From: a virus
Length of the DNA stretch: 64,000 bases
Direction: 5' to 3' (one strand)
Virus record (IMG/VR): IMGVR_UViG_3300044980_000010
Span: 39,947-103,946 of that record
Positions within the stretch are counted from its first letter, which is position 1, and the number at the start of each line of letters is the position of its first letter. Under the pieces are notes generated by a model, which saw nothing but the letters and a program-made list of their open reading frames with translations, ran no database searches and was not told the origin of the DNA. This document shows, in pieces, positions 17,455 through 27,087 of the stretch. The position numbers and the translations under genes are program-made.

Positions 17455-17483
17455 AGTATACCACGACTCGTGTTGGGTGTCAA
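17455..17483 (-). promoter_or_regulatory. Near-consensus sigma70 promoter
   Basis: TTGACA-17-TATACT with TGn extension, 6 nt before the GTG. Confidence 0.85.
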
Positions 17484-17487
17484 CGCC

Positions 17488-17820
17488 TTATTTCTTAGCT
17501 GTGCGGCGTCTGCGGATTGGCTGAACCATTGCTGCTTTCAAGTACCCTGTCTGTTCGGCAAGGTCTAACCGTACTCCGTCTAGGGCCGCTACGGTCTTTC
17601 CCAGCAGTTCTATCTGTTGCACTCCCTGCGATTGCAGCGTTGTGAGGCAGTTGGTACGCTGCTGCACCAGTTCGGCGTGAATAGAGGCTTGTTCAGTTTT
17701 CATGTTATCCCATTCCTTACGAACCTTCCTCACAGGCCACAGAAGAATAGCCATAGTAGCTCCCACCAAAATACTTACGGCTACCTTGTTCAACATTTGC
17801 AATAATTCTGGATTAAGCAT
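17488..17820 (-). CDS. Single-TM coiled-coil protein (holin-like candidate)
   Basis: TM VAVSILVGATMAILLWP; basic C-tail; follows tail genes. Confidence 0.55.
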   Translation of the reverse strand: MLNPELLQMLNKVAVSILVGATMAILLWPVRKVRKEWDNMKTEQASIHAELVQQRTNCLTTLQSQGVQQIELLGKTVAALDGVRLDLAEQTGYLKAAMVQPIRRRRTAKK

Positions 17821-18209
17821 TAGATTTGTGTCCATGGCACATCTGTTCCCGGTAGCAATCCTCCCGTAACATCTACGAAGGCTTCCAACTGGTTTCGCAA
17901 GGCAATGACATTCGTCTGTTGTGTAGTAAGAGGGGTTCCTGTTATGGTGCCCCCACCTGACTGCGTGCCATACGTGTAGCTCCATGCCCCGGTAGAGAGG
18001 TTGAACTGCACTGTAAGAGTGTAGCCATTTGCCAAAGCAGCAGGGCCTTGATTAAGGGAGTTGCCCACCAACGCTGTGCCTATTTTGTAGGTAACCGTCA
18101 GTGCTCTTGATTGAAAATCATACAGACAGCTTGTGGCTGCTCCTATCGTGTCTGTTTCTGTAACCCCATTGATTGTGAAAGATACTGGAGTAGTCAATGT
18201 TATACTCAT
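17820..18209 (-). CDS. Tail-associated beta protein
   Basis: T/G-rich, coupled to the tail fibre gene. Confidence 0.6.
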   Translation of the reverse strand: MSITLTTPVSFTINGVTETDTIGAATSCLYDFQSRALTVTYKIGTALVGNSLNQGPAALANGYTLTVQFNLSTGAWSYTYGTQSGGGTITGTPLTTQQTNVIALRNQLEAFVDVTGGLLPGTDVPWTQI

Positions 18210-20056
18210 TACAGGGCCTCACATTTCAAGTGTGCTGAAAAGGTTGCTGTACCAACTGTGCCTGTTAAAGCGATGGCGTATTGAATAGCAACACCTGTCT
18301 TTGCGTAAATGATGATTTCACCATTCAACGTTGAAGTGGTTGTGTTACCGCTGTTGCTTGTTGCCGATGCGCCTGCCTGCGTTGCTAACTGCATCACATC
18401 CGATTGTGCCACCGAATCGTCACCGTCAGTATATGTAATAGTGATTGGACCTAAAACCGGACTGGTCCCCGTGTGGGTGATCTTCAGCCTCGTTGATATA
18501 CGAAACATTCCTGTAACGGTCGGAGTGTAAAGCGTGGTTGCCGAGATAGCCGCAACCTGTCCTGTCAAATCAACCGTTGCCAGTTCAGATGGCACGCCAC
18601 CTGATACCGTCGCAATGTTGTTGTATTTGGTGATTGTTCCGCTTGCGTTGGCAAGTGTAATCTTTCCTACGCTACCGACCCCACCTCCAATGGTTACGTC
18701 AAAATTACCAGACACACTAGAGCTTGAGAACCTAGCAACTTCGGACCCACCGGACACAATGCCTACTTGATTGGTATTTCCTCCACCACCCGGACCAACT
18801 CCCCCAGTTCCTCCCGCCCATCCATACACGCCTAGGGTAGCGGGAGAGACGATCTTAGCAACGCCTATCGATCCGCTGTGCGTGATGTTAAGGCTAGGTA
18901 CTCCGTTCGTCCCAGCAGCAAGAGAAGAACCTATAGACCAAGTATCTTGTGCTGACGCTGAACCGTTCCAGTACTGACTTCCCAATTCTATTAGGGGAGA
19001 TGCGTTGGTAGTCCCTGAGGTAGCGACTGTTGTGTTGTTCCACAGCCAAATTGCATTTGAAGTTTGATTAAAAGTGGTAGTGAAAGCTGCATTCGATAAG
19101 GTTAGGTTGGCTCCGGCGTTGCCTAAAGCTGACCATAATACAGAACCCGATGGAGGTGTAGGTGTAGTTCCTGCAATATCTGCATAGTTTACCTGCGCCC
19201 ATGCTGGAGCAGCAGATATTGTACCATTCCCTGTTTGACTAAGGTACATCTTTGTAGCTGTGGTGTTACCTGCCAAACGCGCTGTAGCAGGTGTTGCGTT
19301 TTCATAAATTATGTCGCCCAGCGTTGTCAGCAAAGAGGTAGCTATGTAAGGAAGCGTTGGCACATCTGCCGCCACCAGTGATCTGTAAGCTGGCGCTCCA
19401 GTGCCGCTTGTAGGCCCTGCCAACACAGAGTTCTGCGCTGCGTTACTCAAAGAAAAAGACAACGCAGGAGTCGTAGCAGATGTAGCTACAGATGTTGTGA
19501 ACAAGGGGCTAAGGCTGCCTGCACTGAACGATGTAACGGTCCCTGATCCAAAACCTGAAATAGCTGAGGCAAGAACTACCGCCCCAGTGCCAGTTACTCC
19601 GTTTGACAAGTCTGAGGCTGATGGTTGAGTTTGTGTAAACACCCCAGTGCTGGAAGTGTACGATGTTAAGAATTGGTGGGATACGGCTGCAATCGTCACA
19701 GGAAGCTGCGGAGTACCTGATATGTCGCTGTACGCTGGTTGCGAAGCTGTGAACATCCCTGTAGTGGAATCATAGCTGCTTAACCAGTTTGAGGTCACCT
19801 CTGCTTTTGTGATTGGCAACTGGGGCGTACCGCTTATCTGAGCGTAGGAATAGTCACCAATCTGCGCTATGACTGCTCCGGTGCGTCCGAATACTGAGGT
19901 AACTGCCCCACCGCCTGTTCCTATAGCTGCATCCGCTAGTACAAAGTTCTCTGCAATTATAGGGTCCATACCTATGATTGTAAACCCTACGTTTAGTGTT
20001 TTTGGGTTTGAACTTTGAACGTAGTATGATGGTAGTCCATCGTAGCCTTGTGGCAT
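18209..20056 (-). CDS. Tail fibre-like protein
   Basis: S/T/G-rich, VTSVFGRTG motif, internal repeat ISGTPQLP...SY..STG.FT..QP. Confidence 0.75.
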   Translation of the reverse strand: MPQGYDGLPSYYVQSSNPKTLNVGFTIIGMDPIIAENFVLADAAIGTGGGAVTSVFGRTGAVIAQIGDYSYAQISGTPQLPITKAEVTSNWLSSYDSTTGMFTASQPAYSDISGTPQLPVTIAAVSHQFLTSYTSSTGVFTQTQPSASDLSNGVTGTGAVVLASAISGFGSGTVTSFSAGSLSPLFTTSVATSATTPALSFSLSNAAQNSVLAGPTSGTGAPAYRSLVAADVPTLPYIATSLLTTLGDIIYENATPATARLAGNTTATKMYLSQTGNGTISAAPAWAQVNYADIAGTTPTPPSGSVLWSALGNAGANLTLSNAAFTTTFNQTSNAIWLWNNTTVATSGTTNASPLIELGSQYWNGSASAQDTWSIGSSLAAGTNGVPSLNITHSGSIGVAKIVSPATLGVYGWAGGTGGVGPGGGGNTNQVGIVSGGSEVARFSSSSVSGNFDVTIGGGVGSVGKITLANASGTITKYNNIATVSGGVPSELATVDLTGQVAAISATTLYTPTVTGMFRISTRLKITHTGTSPVLGPITITYTDGDDSVAQSDVMQLATQAGASATSNSGNTTTSTLNGEIIIYAKTGVAIQYAIALTGTVGTATFSAHLKCEAL

Positions 20057-20061
20057 AGTAT

Positions 20062-20622
20062 TTAACCTCTGGTTGCTTGCCGGAGAATCTGCTTCAAGTG
20101 GTCCGACATCAATGGTGTGTCCGGCGTGTTGCCATCGGTGCCTTGTACGGCTTCGCCGGGGTTAGCGGCGTTGAGAGGTGGCACTGGGTGCTCCACGTTG
20201 ATCTCTGTGGTGCTAGAAGGTTCAGACGGTGGGGCCGTAGCCGCGCTCTGCATTGCCTTCTTGTGCTGCTCTTCAATGAACTCTTGTTTGTTGATCTCAT
20301 CGACCAACCACTGCAACTTTGATTCTTGCAGTTTGCGTGCCTCTTCGGCTGCGGCCAGAGAGTTTTCCAAAGCGATACGCGCTCTGGTTACTTCCTGAGC
20401 ACGCTCTTGAGCCTCGGCTTCTTCTTTGGCCTTCTTGGCTTCACGCTTCTTCTCTGCCTCTTGGTACTCTGCCAGCCGTTGCTGGCGTTCAGCTTCCGCG
20501 AGTTGTGCGCGTTCGGCCACTTCTTTGCTGAACTGCTCTGCTTGCTCTTTGCGCTGCTTGTCGAGTGCTTCGATGCGCTCTGAAAGCTGGCGCTGTAGTT
20601 CCTCTACGTTCACGTTTTCCAC
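20062..20622 (-). CDS. Coiled-coil hypothetical protein
   Basis: E/Q/A/R heptads; GGAG RBS. Confidence 0.7.
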   Translation of the reverse strand: MENVNVEELQRQLSERIEALDKQRKEQAEQFSKEVAERAQLAEAERQQRLAEYQEAEKKREAKKAKEEAEAQERAQEVTRARIALENSLAAAEEARKLQESKLQWLVDEINKQEFIEEQHKKAMQSAATAPPSEPSSTTEINVEHPVPPLNAANPGEAVQGTDGNTPDTPLMSDHLKQILRQATRG

Positions 20623-20694
20623 ACTGAGTCTCCTGAGTTAAATGTCTACCCCGGCTGTGACGGGGCTTGCTAGGAGTTTCACCTAATACCGAGA

Positions 20695-21447
20695 TTAAAT
20701 CTCGATCTTTCCTATTGCCAGACCTGAACCAATGATCGAAGTGAACTTGAATCGCAAGAAGCGATAGTTCACAATGTTTGCTCCACCGGGGTTCGATGTG
20801 ATCGTGCCGGGGGTTGCACTGGGGGCAATGTTGTCAGAGCCAGTCTGGAACGTTTCGCTGGTGCCTGCACCAGTGACTGCTGAGAACGTGTGGATGGTCT
20901 TGTACTCGCTGTCCACGTCGAAGTCCGATCCTTGCAGAACGGCTACGATGCCTGACAGGCTTCCACCTGAAGGCAGGTTCAATGTCGCAGTGAGGGACTT
21001 TCCTTCTTGCATCTCTGGGTTGTTGAACGGGATCGCAACCGGGACGGATGCGTACGAAGAACCAGAGACCGTTTCTCCAACTTCTGGCTGAGGGATGAAT
21101 ACCTGTCCGCCGTCTGGAGTCGAAGACTGAGTGGTGCTGGCGATGGTGTAGGTAACGGTGCAAATGCCAGCGTCCGTGGTAGACACAACGGTGATGGAGG
21201 CGTTTGTGACGTTGAAGTTCGCGCTGTTAGCGCAACCCACAACTGTGATCAGGGCACCAGTGACTGGCACGTTGCCAGACACAATGCGGAACACCAGAGT
21301 TCCAGTCGTGGTAGCCGCGCTGTTGCTCTGGACATACCCTAGAGTTGGTCCGGTCTTGTCGTTCCAGCTTCCCAGCAGGTACGACGGGGTTCCGGCTACA
21401 GCCAACTGAGGAGATGGCTTGAATGGTGATGCAATGTACTGAGACAT
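20695..21447 (-). CDS. Putative virion structural protein
   Basis: Beta-rich, S/T/G-rich, in the structural module. Confidence 0.6.
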   Translation of the reverse strand: MSQYIASPFKPSPQLAVAGTPSYLLGSWNDKTGPTLGYVQSNSAATTTGTLVFRIVSGNVPVTGALITVVGCANSANFNVTNASITVVSTTDAGICTVTYTIASTTQSSTPDGGQVFIPQPEVGETVSGSSYASVPVAIPFNNPEMQEGKSLTATLNLPSGGSLSGIVAVLQGSDFDVDSEYKTIHTFSAVTGAGTSETFQTGSDNIAPSATPGTITSNPGGANIVNYRFLRFKFTSIIGSGLAIGKIEI

Positions 21448-21519
21448 TTGTGTTGATTCCTTCCGACCGATTCTACGGTCTCATTCACGTTGTGGGGCTG
21501 GGTGAGCAGCCCCTTGCGG

Positions 21520-24500
21520 TTAGCGTACGCTTCCGAGTGGCGACTTCTTTTTCTTCTCACCAAGTTTGGTTAGACCAGACTCTTCATTCTCGAAGTCTGC
21601 TGGGTCGAACCGAGTCGCTTCATCACGGGGTTGGATCGTGTGTCCCGCGCCGGGGTTGTTTCGGTGCTCGAAGGCTGGGTTTTCTTTGAAGAGATTTCCT
21701 TGGACGCTTTTCGGTTCGGGGATTGCTCCTCGCCCTCTAGCTTCTTCGATGCGATCCCTAAGTTGCCCAACACTGTGAGCAGTAGTTGGCGAACCTCTGC
21801 CGGAGACTTGGGGCTTTTCTCCGATGGCTTCGAGTTTGCTGTCGAGTTGTTCAAGATTGACTCCTAGTCCTTTCAGAAGGTCTCGGGTTTCGAGATCGTT
21901 TGCAAGAAGGTCTTTGAAGTCCTCGGAGTAATGACGTACCAACTCTGGGTCTTCTGTTCCCTTCTCGGTTAAGGCTTGCGTGAATGACCAGATTGCGGCT
22001 TGCGCTTCTTCTGGCTCCCAACCCAGTTCTTCGGCTGCTGCGCGAGTTGCAACGGACAGTGGGTGATAGTTCTCCGGCTTCGACAGTGCTGATTTGTCGA
22101 TGCCTCCGAACAGTCCCATCCAGCTATCGTTCGTTACGTGCTTCGTACCCGTGCTCTTGCCGTCGATCCATTTTCTCAAGTTCTCCGCGAAGGATGGTGC
22201 CTTGAATGCCTGATTCTTCGTCAGGTCCGGCCACATCGGTTCTCCGTTAAGAGCCTTGATGATGTTGGGCACCTTGGTCTCAGGGAGGGTGAGATTCTTC
22301 AACAAAAGATTCTCAGCTTTCCACTTGGGTCCGGTAGGTGCGTAGTCCCAGTGCATTGAGGCACCTTTTGCCATGCCTCGTGCTCTTGGGCTACCATCTT
22401 CTTTCCACGCTTTGTCAGTCTCTTCACCAAACTTCTTCCACTTATCCAGATCGAACTTCGGACGACCAGCGTCGTTCCATTCTTTCCAGAAGCCAAGGGT
22501 CTCACGCAGGTTCATTGCTACGGACTGCTGTGGTGAACTGCCAGCCAGCACGCCCATGAACTTTTGCTTGTCACCCTCTTTGAAGTAGTCCGGTGCCTCT
22601 TCATGCATTGCGTCGAATGCCGCTGTGCTGCGGCTATACCATTTTCTAGCGCCTTCGCCCTGCTTGGCAATGTCCACATATTCTTGGACTGTCGGGATGT
22701 CCACCATGTTCTTGACGAACTTCTCGGTGCCAGCGTTGCGCGGTTTACCTGTTGCAGTGGTAGTGATGCTTGCCTTCTCTTCTGGTGTCAGGTGTTCTTG
22801 TGCCAGATCGGGGAGACGTTCCTGCAACTGCTCCGGCGTAAGGGGTGTGCCCTTCGCCATTTTCGTTCCTGCCTTAGCAGAGCCTACGCTTTGCTCACCA
22901 CCGGGACCAGTTCCGCCCTCGCGGTACTTGTCCATATCCACAGTGTACTGTACCTGACCGTCTTTGAAGTCCTTCTTGGTGATGGCTTCAGGATAGTCAG
23001 CAGCCAACTTAGACCAGACGCCTTTCTCGGCGTTGGAGTTGCTGATGTCACTGCGTACAGTGTGAGTATCTTCGCTCACGCTGTCCAGAAGGTGCTTCAT
23101 TTGGTCGTAGCCTCTGCCAGCACCTCTCAGGTTCTTGTCATACACCTGATCGGATCGAACAGTGACTTCGCCATCAGCCGTGTCTTGTGCAGACACTTCA
23201 CCAATCTTCTTTCCGCTGTCATCTTTTGTGGTGACACGGTGTTGTTGGTTGCTGTTCTCGATGCCCTCTGGTTTATGCTCGTAGGTCAAATCCTCGGCAT
23301 GTCGGTTGGTGGCTTGATACGTGGGCTTTGTGCGCGGTTCCTCTTCCTTGTCGAAGTCCACAGACACGCTGAATGGCTTTCCAGCCACGGTGCTGTGATA
23401 GTCCTGCTTCTCTGCCTCTGGACTCTCTAAGATTCCAGTGGAAGGATGAACAGTGTTCTTCGCTAGGTCGTGAATACCCTGCTTCGTCATCACAGAGGCT
23501 TGGCCGAACTTGCGGCTAACCTTTGCGGCGTCTTCAGGCGTAATGTCAGGAACGAAGAATGAGTTCTCCTTCTGTCCCTCTACATCTTTCACGTGGCCTT
23601 CGATTGGTGTGGGCTTGTAGCCCATCTTCTCCAACTCTGCCTTCATCTCTCGGTTCTTCTGCGCGTTCTGCTCAGGTGTCGCTCTTTCGTTGTTCGGGTT
23701 CTCGGCGGTGAGGAGAGCGTAGTCCTTACCAGACTTGATGTGGTCGATCACAGCTTTCGGATCGGGCGCATCTTCGTTGAATCGCTCAGGAAGTATTCCC
23801 GCCTTCTGCTCAGGAAACTCATTGCCGCCGTTGAAGAAGGCAGCTACTTGTCCTTTGGTCTCAGTGGTCATGGCAGGGATGGCTTCTTTGCTCATCGTCT
23901 GGCGGTGAGTGTCAAATGCGTTTTGCTCACCTTTCTCGCTGAAGTCGTTGTCATGCATCAGGTGCCCAATGGCATCATGCACGGCGCGGAACATCACGTT
24001 ATACGTCTCTCCAGTCTTGGGGTCAACTTGTGCCAGCGGGTGATCCTTCGGTAGCTCGTTGCCACCTCTGAACACCTTCAGACGCTTGTTATCCTTGAAG
24101 TCCTTCTTCATTTCGTCGTAGGACTTGTATGGGTCTTCGTCTTGTGGCTCCAGCTTGATTCCAGCTTTCGTCAGGGCGTCCCATTGCTTTTTGGCGTCGT
24201 CAATCAGCGCCGCGTAGCTTTTCTTCACCTCTGGATTGTTGGGATCATGCTTCATATCGTCATAGGCCCTTGCGATCTCTTTTCGCCGTGGGTCCACTTC
24301 GGTTTTGTTGTCCTTAACTTCTCCAAGACCTTGCTGCTTGTTGTACTCTTGGACGGTCTTCTTCAGATCAACAGGCTTTGCAGCTTCGGCCTTCATCTTC
24401 TGCGCTCTGTCCATAATGTCAGACAGCTTCGCATCAGGGCCTAACTCCTTCATAGCTGCTTGCACGTGGTCAGTATCTTTTGAGGAGGTCTCGGCAACAT

Positions 24501-27069
24501 GGTTCTTCAGTCGCTCTGCCTCTTCATCCACGCCTTGTGATCCTCCGCTGACTTTTGGGTTGCCATACTCACCGACTGGACCGCGCAACCGTGGGAACAA
24601 CTTAGCCGCACGATCTGCACGCGCTTTTGCCGATTGGTCACGGTTTGCAAAGCCCGGTTCTTTCTCGGCCTGTTCAGCAGCACGCCCGAGGTTGATTTTC
24701 TCATCCTCTCCTAGCTGCTCCGTGATGTCCTTGGCAAGCTGATCTCTCTCAGTGCGATGACGACCTGCGTCACGCGCTTTGAAGTCATACTCGTCAGGAT
24801 TCAACCCATGCGCTGTTGCCAGCTTTCTCAGGTTCTCGTCACTCAGTTCGTTTACTTTCTGTTGCACCGCTGGGTGATACTCAGCCGCGCTCTTTACAGG
24901 CTCGCGGCCCTCTACTCCAGCAGGTACGATCTCTTCTTTCTTGGCAGCATAGCCAGTTGGCTCTTCTTTTGGAAGAGTGGGTTTGCCTTTGGTCTCAGCG
25001 CGTGTTGGCTCAGGGTTTGCCTTGCGTGCTTGGTCCCCGATGTCTCCATTGGAACCTTTTGCCTCTGGAGAGACCAGTTCGTCGCGGCGTTTGATTACAC
25101 CCTTAACGCTGGCGTCAGGCCCTAACTCTTTGCGTGCTTGCTCCATCGCCTTAGCGTAGGCGTCCGTGTCGATGCGACCTTCGTCTTCTCCGCTTACTGC
25201 CTGCTGGAAGAGTTTGTCGTTCATCTGCTTCAGGACTCTGCGTTCAGACTGTCTCCGCTCTTCACCTTCGTGCGGTTCGTCTGTTACGCGCCGTTCGCTT
25301 GCTCGCTTCTCAGTGGGCGCTTCGTCAACCTTTGCGGCAGGGAAGTTCTTATTGGTCCCGGTGTCGGTCTTCAGTGCTTCCTGTAGAAGCCTTCCAACGC
25401 GACCTTCAAGTGTTTCATCGTTGTCGATTACTTTGCCCTCTTTGACCTTCAGTGAGCGTAGATCAGCGGCGGTGCCCGTCTGTGGCTTCGGTGCTTCAGG
25501 CTCCGGCAGTTTGATCTTTGGCAGTCCGCCTGCTGGTACTTTTGGCCCTTCTGGCGTCCCTTCGGTCAGTAGTAACGGTTTTCCCATCACACCCTGATCT
25601 CCGGCCAGAGCGATGCGACCGTATGATGGGCGTGGCGCTGGCTTCGGCTCTTGTGGGAACGTCTCTGGCTGCACTTGGCCGGGAGTCTTCACGTTGATCG
25701 GAGTCTTCTCTCCCAACTTAGTCAGCTTAGGCTCCTTGAGCACATTCTGCCAGCTTCCTTCTTTTCCCTCGACCCACTCCATGTCAGGGGAAGTCGGCTC
25801 AGGTCTTACTTGCCCTAAGCGAGACAGTACAGGCTTTGCTGCTACCGCCTCGGTGGGAACTTCTGGCTCTGGAGCAGGCGCTGGGATAACCTTAGCCGCC
25901 GTACGTCCTACCGCTCCACCTATCTGCTGTGGAATCGTAGGCTGTGCAGCTTTCTTCTTTGCTAGGTCTTCTTTTGCCAACTCATGGTGGGCCTCTGCCT
26001 CATCCAGTGCATCCTTCGCTTTGGTCACCTCGTTGACAATCTTCTCTGGTGATCCAATACCTTGTGCGTGGGACGCTTGGTATTTGTTGTGCTCTGCCAA
26101 CGCGGCTTTGTGTTTTGCTTCGGCTGCTTCTCGTACTTTTGCTAGTGCCTGTACGTTCTCTTCAGCCTGCTTCACTTCGGGAGTTTTTGTTAGCTCCTCC
26201 ACTTTTGCGTTGACTCGATCTTTGATTCCCTCTTTCAGTGCTCCGGTGCCCTTCTCGAACGCATACAGTGACGCGATCTGCGCTAGTGCTCCACCAAGGT
26301 CACCCTTTTGGGCTTGGCTGGTAATAGCCATTGCGAGTGGGCCGATGGCTGGGACATATTCACCCAGCGTACCGTGCAAGAATGCAGAGATTGCGTGGCC
26401 TGCGGCCTCTGGGCCTTGGCTCTTGAAGTACTCCTCCATCTCCTTTTCGGAGGCTTCGCGCTCTGCCATGGAAGGCGCTGTGACGTACTTCGCCATCAGT
26501 GTGTGTGCCTTGGGATCAGCAAACCCTGCTGTGTCTCCCTTATCGGGAACTACCACAGGAGCGTTGCCTGCTAAATCCTGCACGCCTTCCTTGATGAACT
26601 TTCCAATGCCGTGTGCGGCGCTGCCTACCTGATACCCTAGGTGCTCTGGGGTAAATCCCAAGTTGGCTGCTTCTGGTGAAGCTGTGGTCGTCTGCCCCTT
26701 AGAAGCATTCGACTCTTCATCACCCATGACGCCGTGATACAAACCTCGCACGCCTCGCGCAGCTTTCACCAGCATTGCTTGGTCTTGCGGTAGTGCTCCA
26801 CCTTCGTCCACCTGCGTCAGTAGGTCTTGCTTTGGCGCAGGTGGTGCGACGGCTCCCTTAACGACAGGCGGCGCTGTGTGCGTAGCGTGCGGTGTAGGAG
26901 TAGCCTTTGGTGCTGAAGGTGCAGCAGGAGGAGTTACAGGGCGCAGAGTGGCCCCCTCAGGCAATCCTTCTACCTGAGAGGGGTCAGACGCTGCTGGTTG
27001 GGCGGGCTGCACGGGGCGTAGCGTTGCACCTTCGGGTAGTCCCTCGATTTGCTGCTGGTCGTCTGCCAT
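21520..27069 (-). CDS. Giant ejection/polyvalent protein (zincin-like, DUF3293-like, GNAT-like and glycosylase-like domains)
   Basis: FRAVHDAIGH; LTAENP..N...ENSF...FGQ; LRGAGRG; WY...SPQ...VTNDSW...AQAAIW. Confidence 0.7.
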   Translation of the reverse strand: MADDQQQIEGLPEGATLRPVQPAQPAASDPSQVEGLPEGATLRPVTPPAAPSAPKATPTPHATHTAPPVVKGAVAPPAPKQDLLTQVDEGGALPQDQAMLVKAARGVRGLYHGVMGDEESNASKGQTTTASPEAANLGFTPEHLGYQVGSAAHGIGKFIKEGVQDLAGNAPVVVPDKGDTAGFADPKAHTLMAKYVTAPSMAEREASEKEMEEYFKSQGPEAAGHAISAFLHGTLGEYVPAIGPLAMAITSQAQKGDLGGALAQIASLYAFEKGTGALKEGIKDRVNAKVEELTKTPEVKQAEENVQALAKVREAAEAKHKAALAEHNKYQASHAQGIGSPEKIVNEVTKAKDALDEAEAHHELAKEDLAKKKAAQPTIPQQIGGAVGRTAAKVIPAPAPEPEVPTEAVAAKPVLSRLGQVRPEPTSPDMEWVEGKEGSWQNVLKEPKLTKLGEKTPINVKTPGQVQPETFPQEPKPAPRPSYGRIALAGDQGVMGKPLLLTEGTPEGPKVPAGGLPKIKLPEPEAPKPQTGTAADLRSLKVKEGKVIDNDETLEGRVGRLLQEALKTDTGTNKNFPAAKVDEAPTEKRASERRVTDEPHEGEERRQSERRVLKQMNDKLFQQAVSGEDEGRIDTDAYAKAMEQARKELGPDASVKGVIKRRDELVSPEAKGSNGDIGDQARKANPEPTRAETKGKPTLPKEEPTGYAAKKEEIVPAGVEGREPVKSAAEYHPAVQQKVNELSDENLRKLATAHGLNPDEYDFKARDAGRHRTERDQLAKDITEQLGEDEKINLGRAAEQAEKEPGFANRDQSAKARADRAAKLFPRLRGPVGEYGNPKVSGGSQGVDEEAERLKNHVAETSSKDTDHVQAAMKELGPDAKLSDIMDRAQKMKAEAAKPVDLKKTVQEYNKQQGLGEVKDNKTEVDPRRKEIARAYDDMKHDPNNPEVKKSYAALIDDAKKQWDALTKAGIKLEPQDEDPYKSYDEMKKDFKDNKRLKVFRGGNELPKDHPLAQVDPKTGETYNVMFRAVHDAIGHLMHDNDFSEKGEQNAFDTHRQTMSKEAIPAMTTETKGQVAAFFNGGNEFPEQKAGILPERFNEDAPDPKAVIDHIKSGKDYALLTAENPNNERATPEQNAQKNREMKAELEKMGYKPTPIEGHVKDVEGQKENSFFVPDITPEDAAKVSRKFGQASVMTKQGIHDLAKNTVHPSTGILESPEAEKQDYHSTVAGKPFSVSVDFDKEEEPRTKPTYQATNRHAEDLTYEHKPEGIENSNQQHRVTTKDDSGKKIGEVSAQDTADGEVTVRSDQVYDKNLRGAGRGYDQMKHLLDSVSEDTHTVRSDISNSNAEKGVWSKLAADYPEAITKKDFKDGQVQYTVDMDKYREGGTGPGGEQSVGSAKAGTKMAKGTPLTPEQLQERLPDLAQEHLTPEEKASITTTATGKPRNAGTEKFVKNMVDIPTVQEYVDIAKQGEGARKWYSRSTAAFDAMHEEAPDYFKEGDKQKFMGVLAGSSPQQSVAMNLRETLGFWKEWNDAGRPKFDLDKWKKFGEETDKAWKEDGSPRARGMAKGASMHWDYAPTGPKWKAENLLLKNLTLPETKVPNIIKALNGEPMWPDLTKNQAFKAPSFAENLRKWIDGKSTGTKHVTNDSWMGLFGGIDKSALSKPENYHPLSVATRAAAEELGWEPEEAQAAIWSFTQALTEKGTEDPELVRHYSEDFKDLLANDLETRDLLKGLGVNLEQLDSKLEAIGEKPQVSGRGSPTTAHSVGQLRDRIEEARGRGAIPEPKSVQGNLFKENPAFEHRNNPGAGHTIQPRDEATRFDPADFENEESGLTKLGEKKKKSPLGSVR

Positions 27070-27087
27070 AAATCCTCCTGCTAGATT

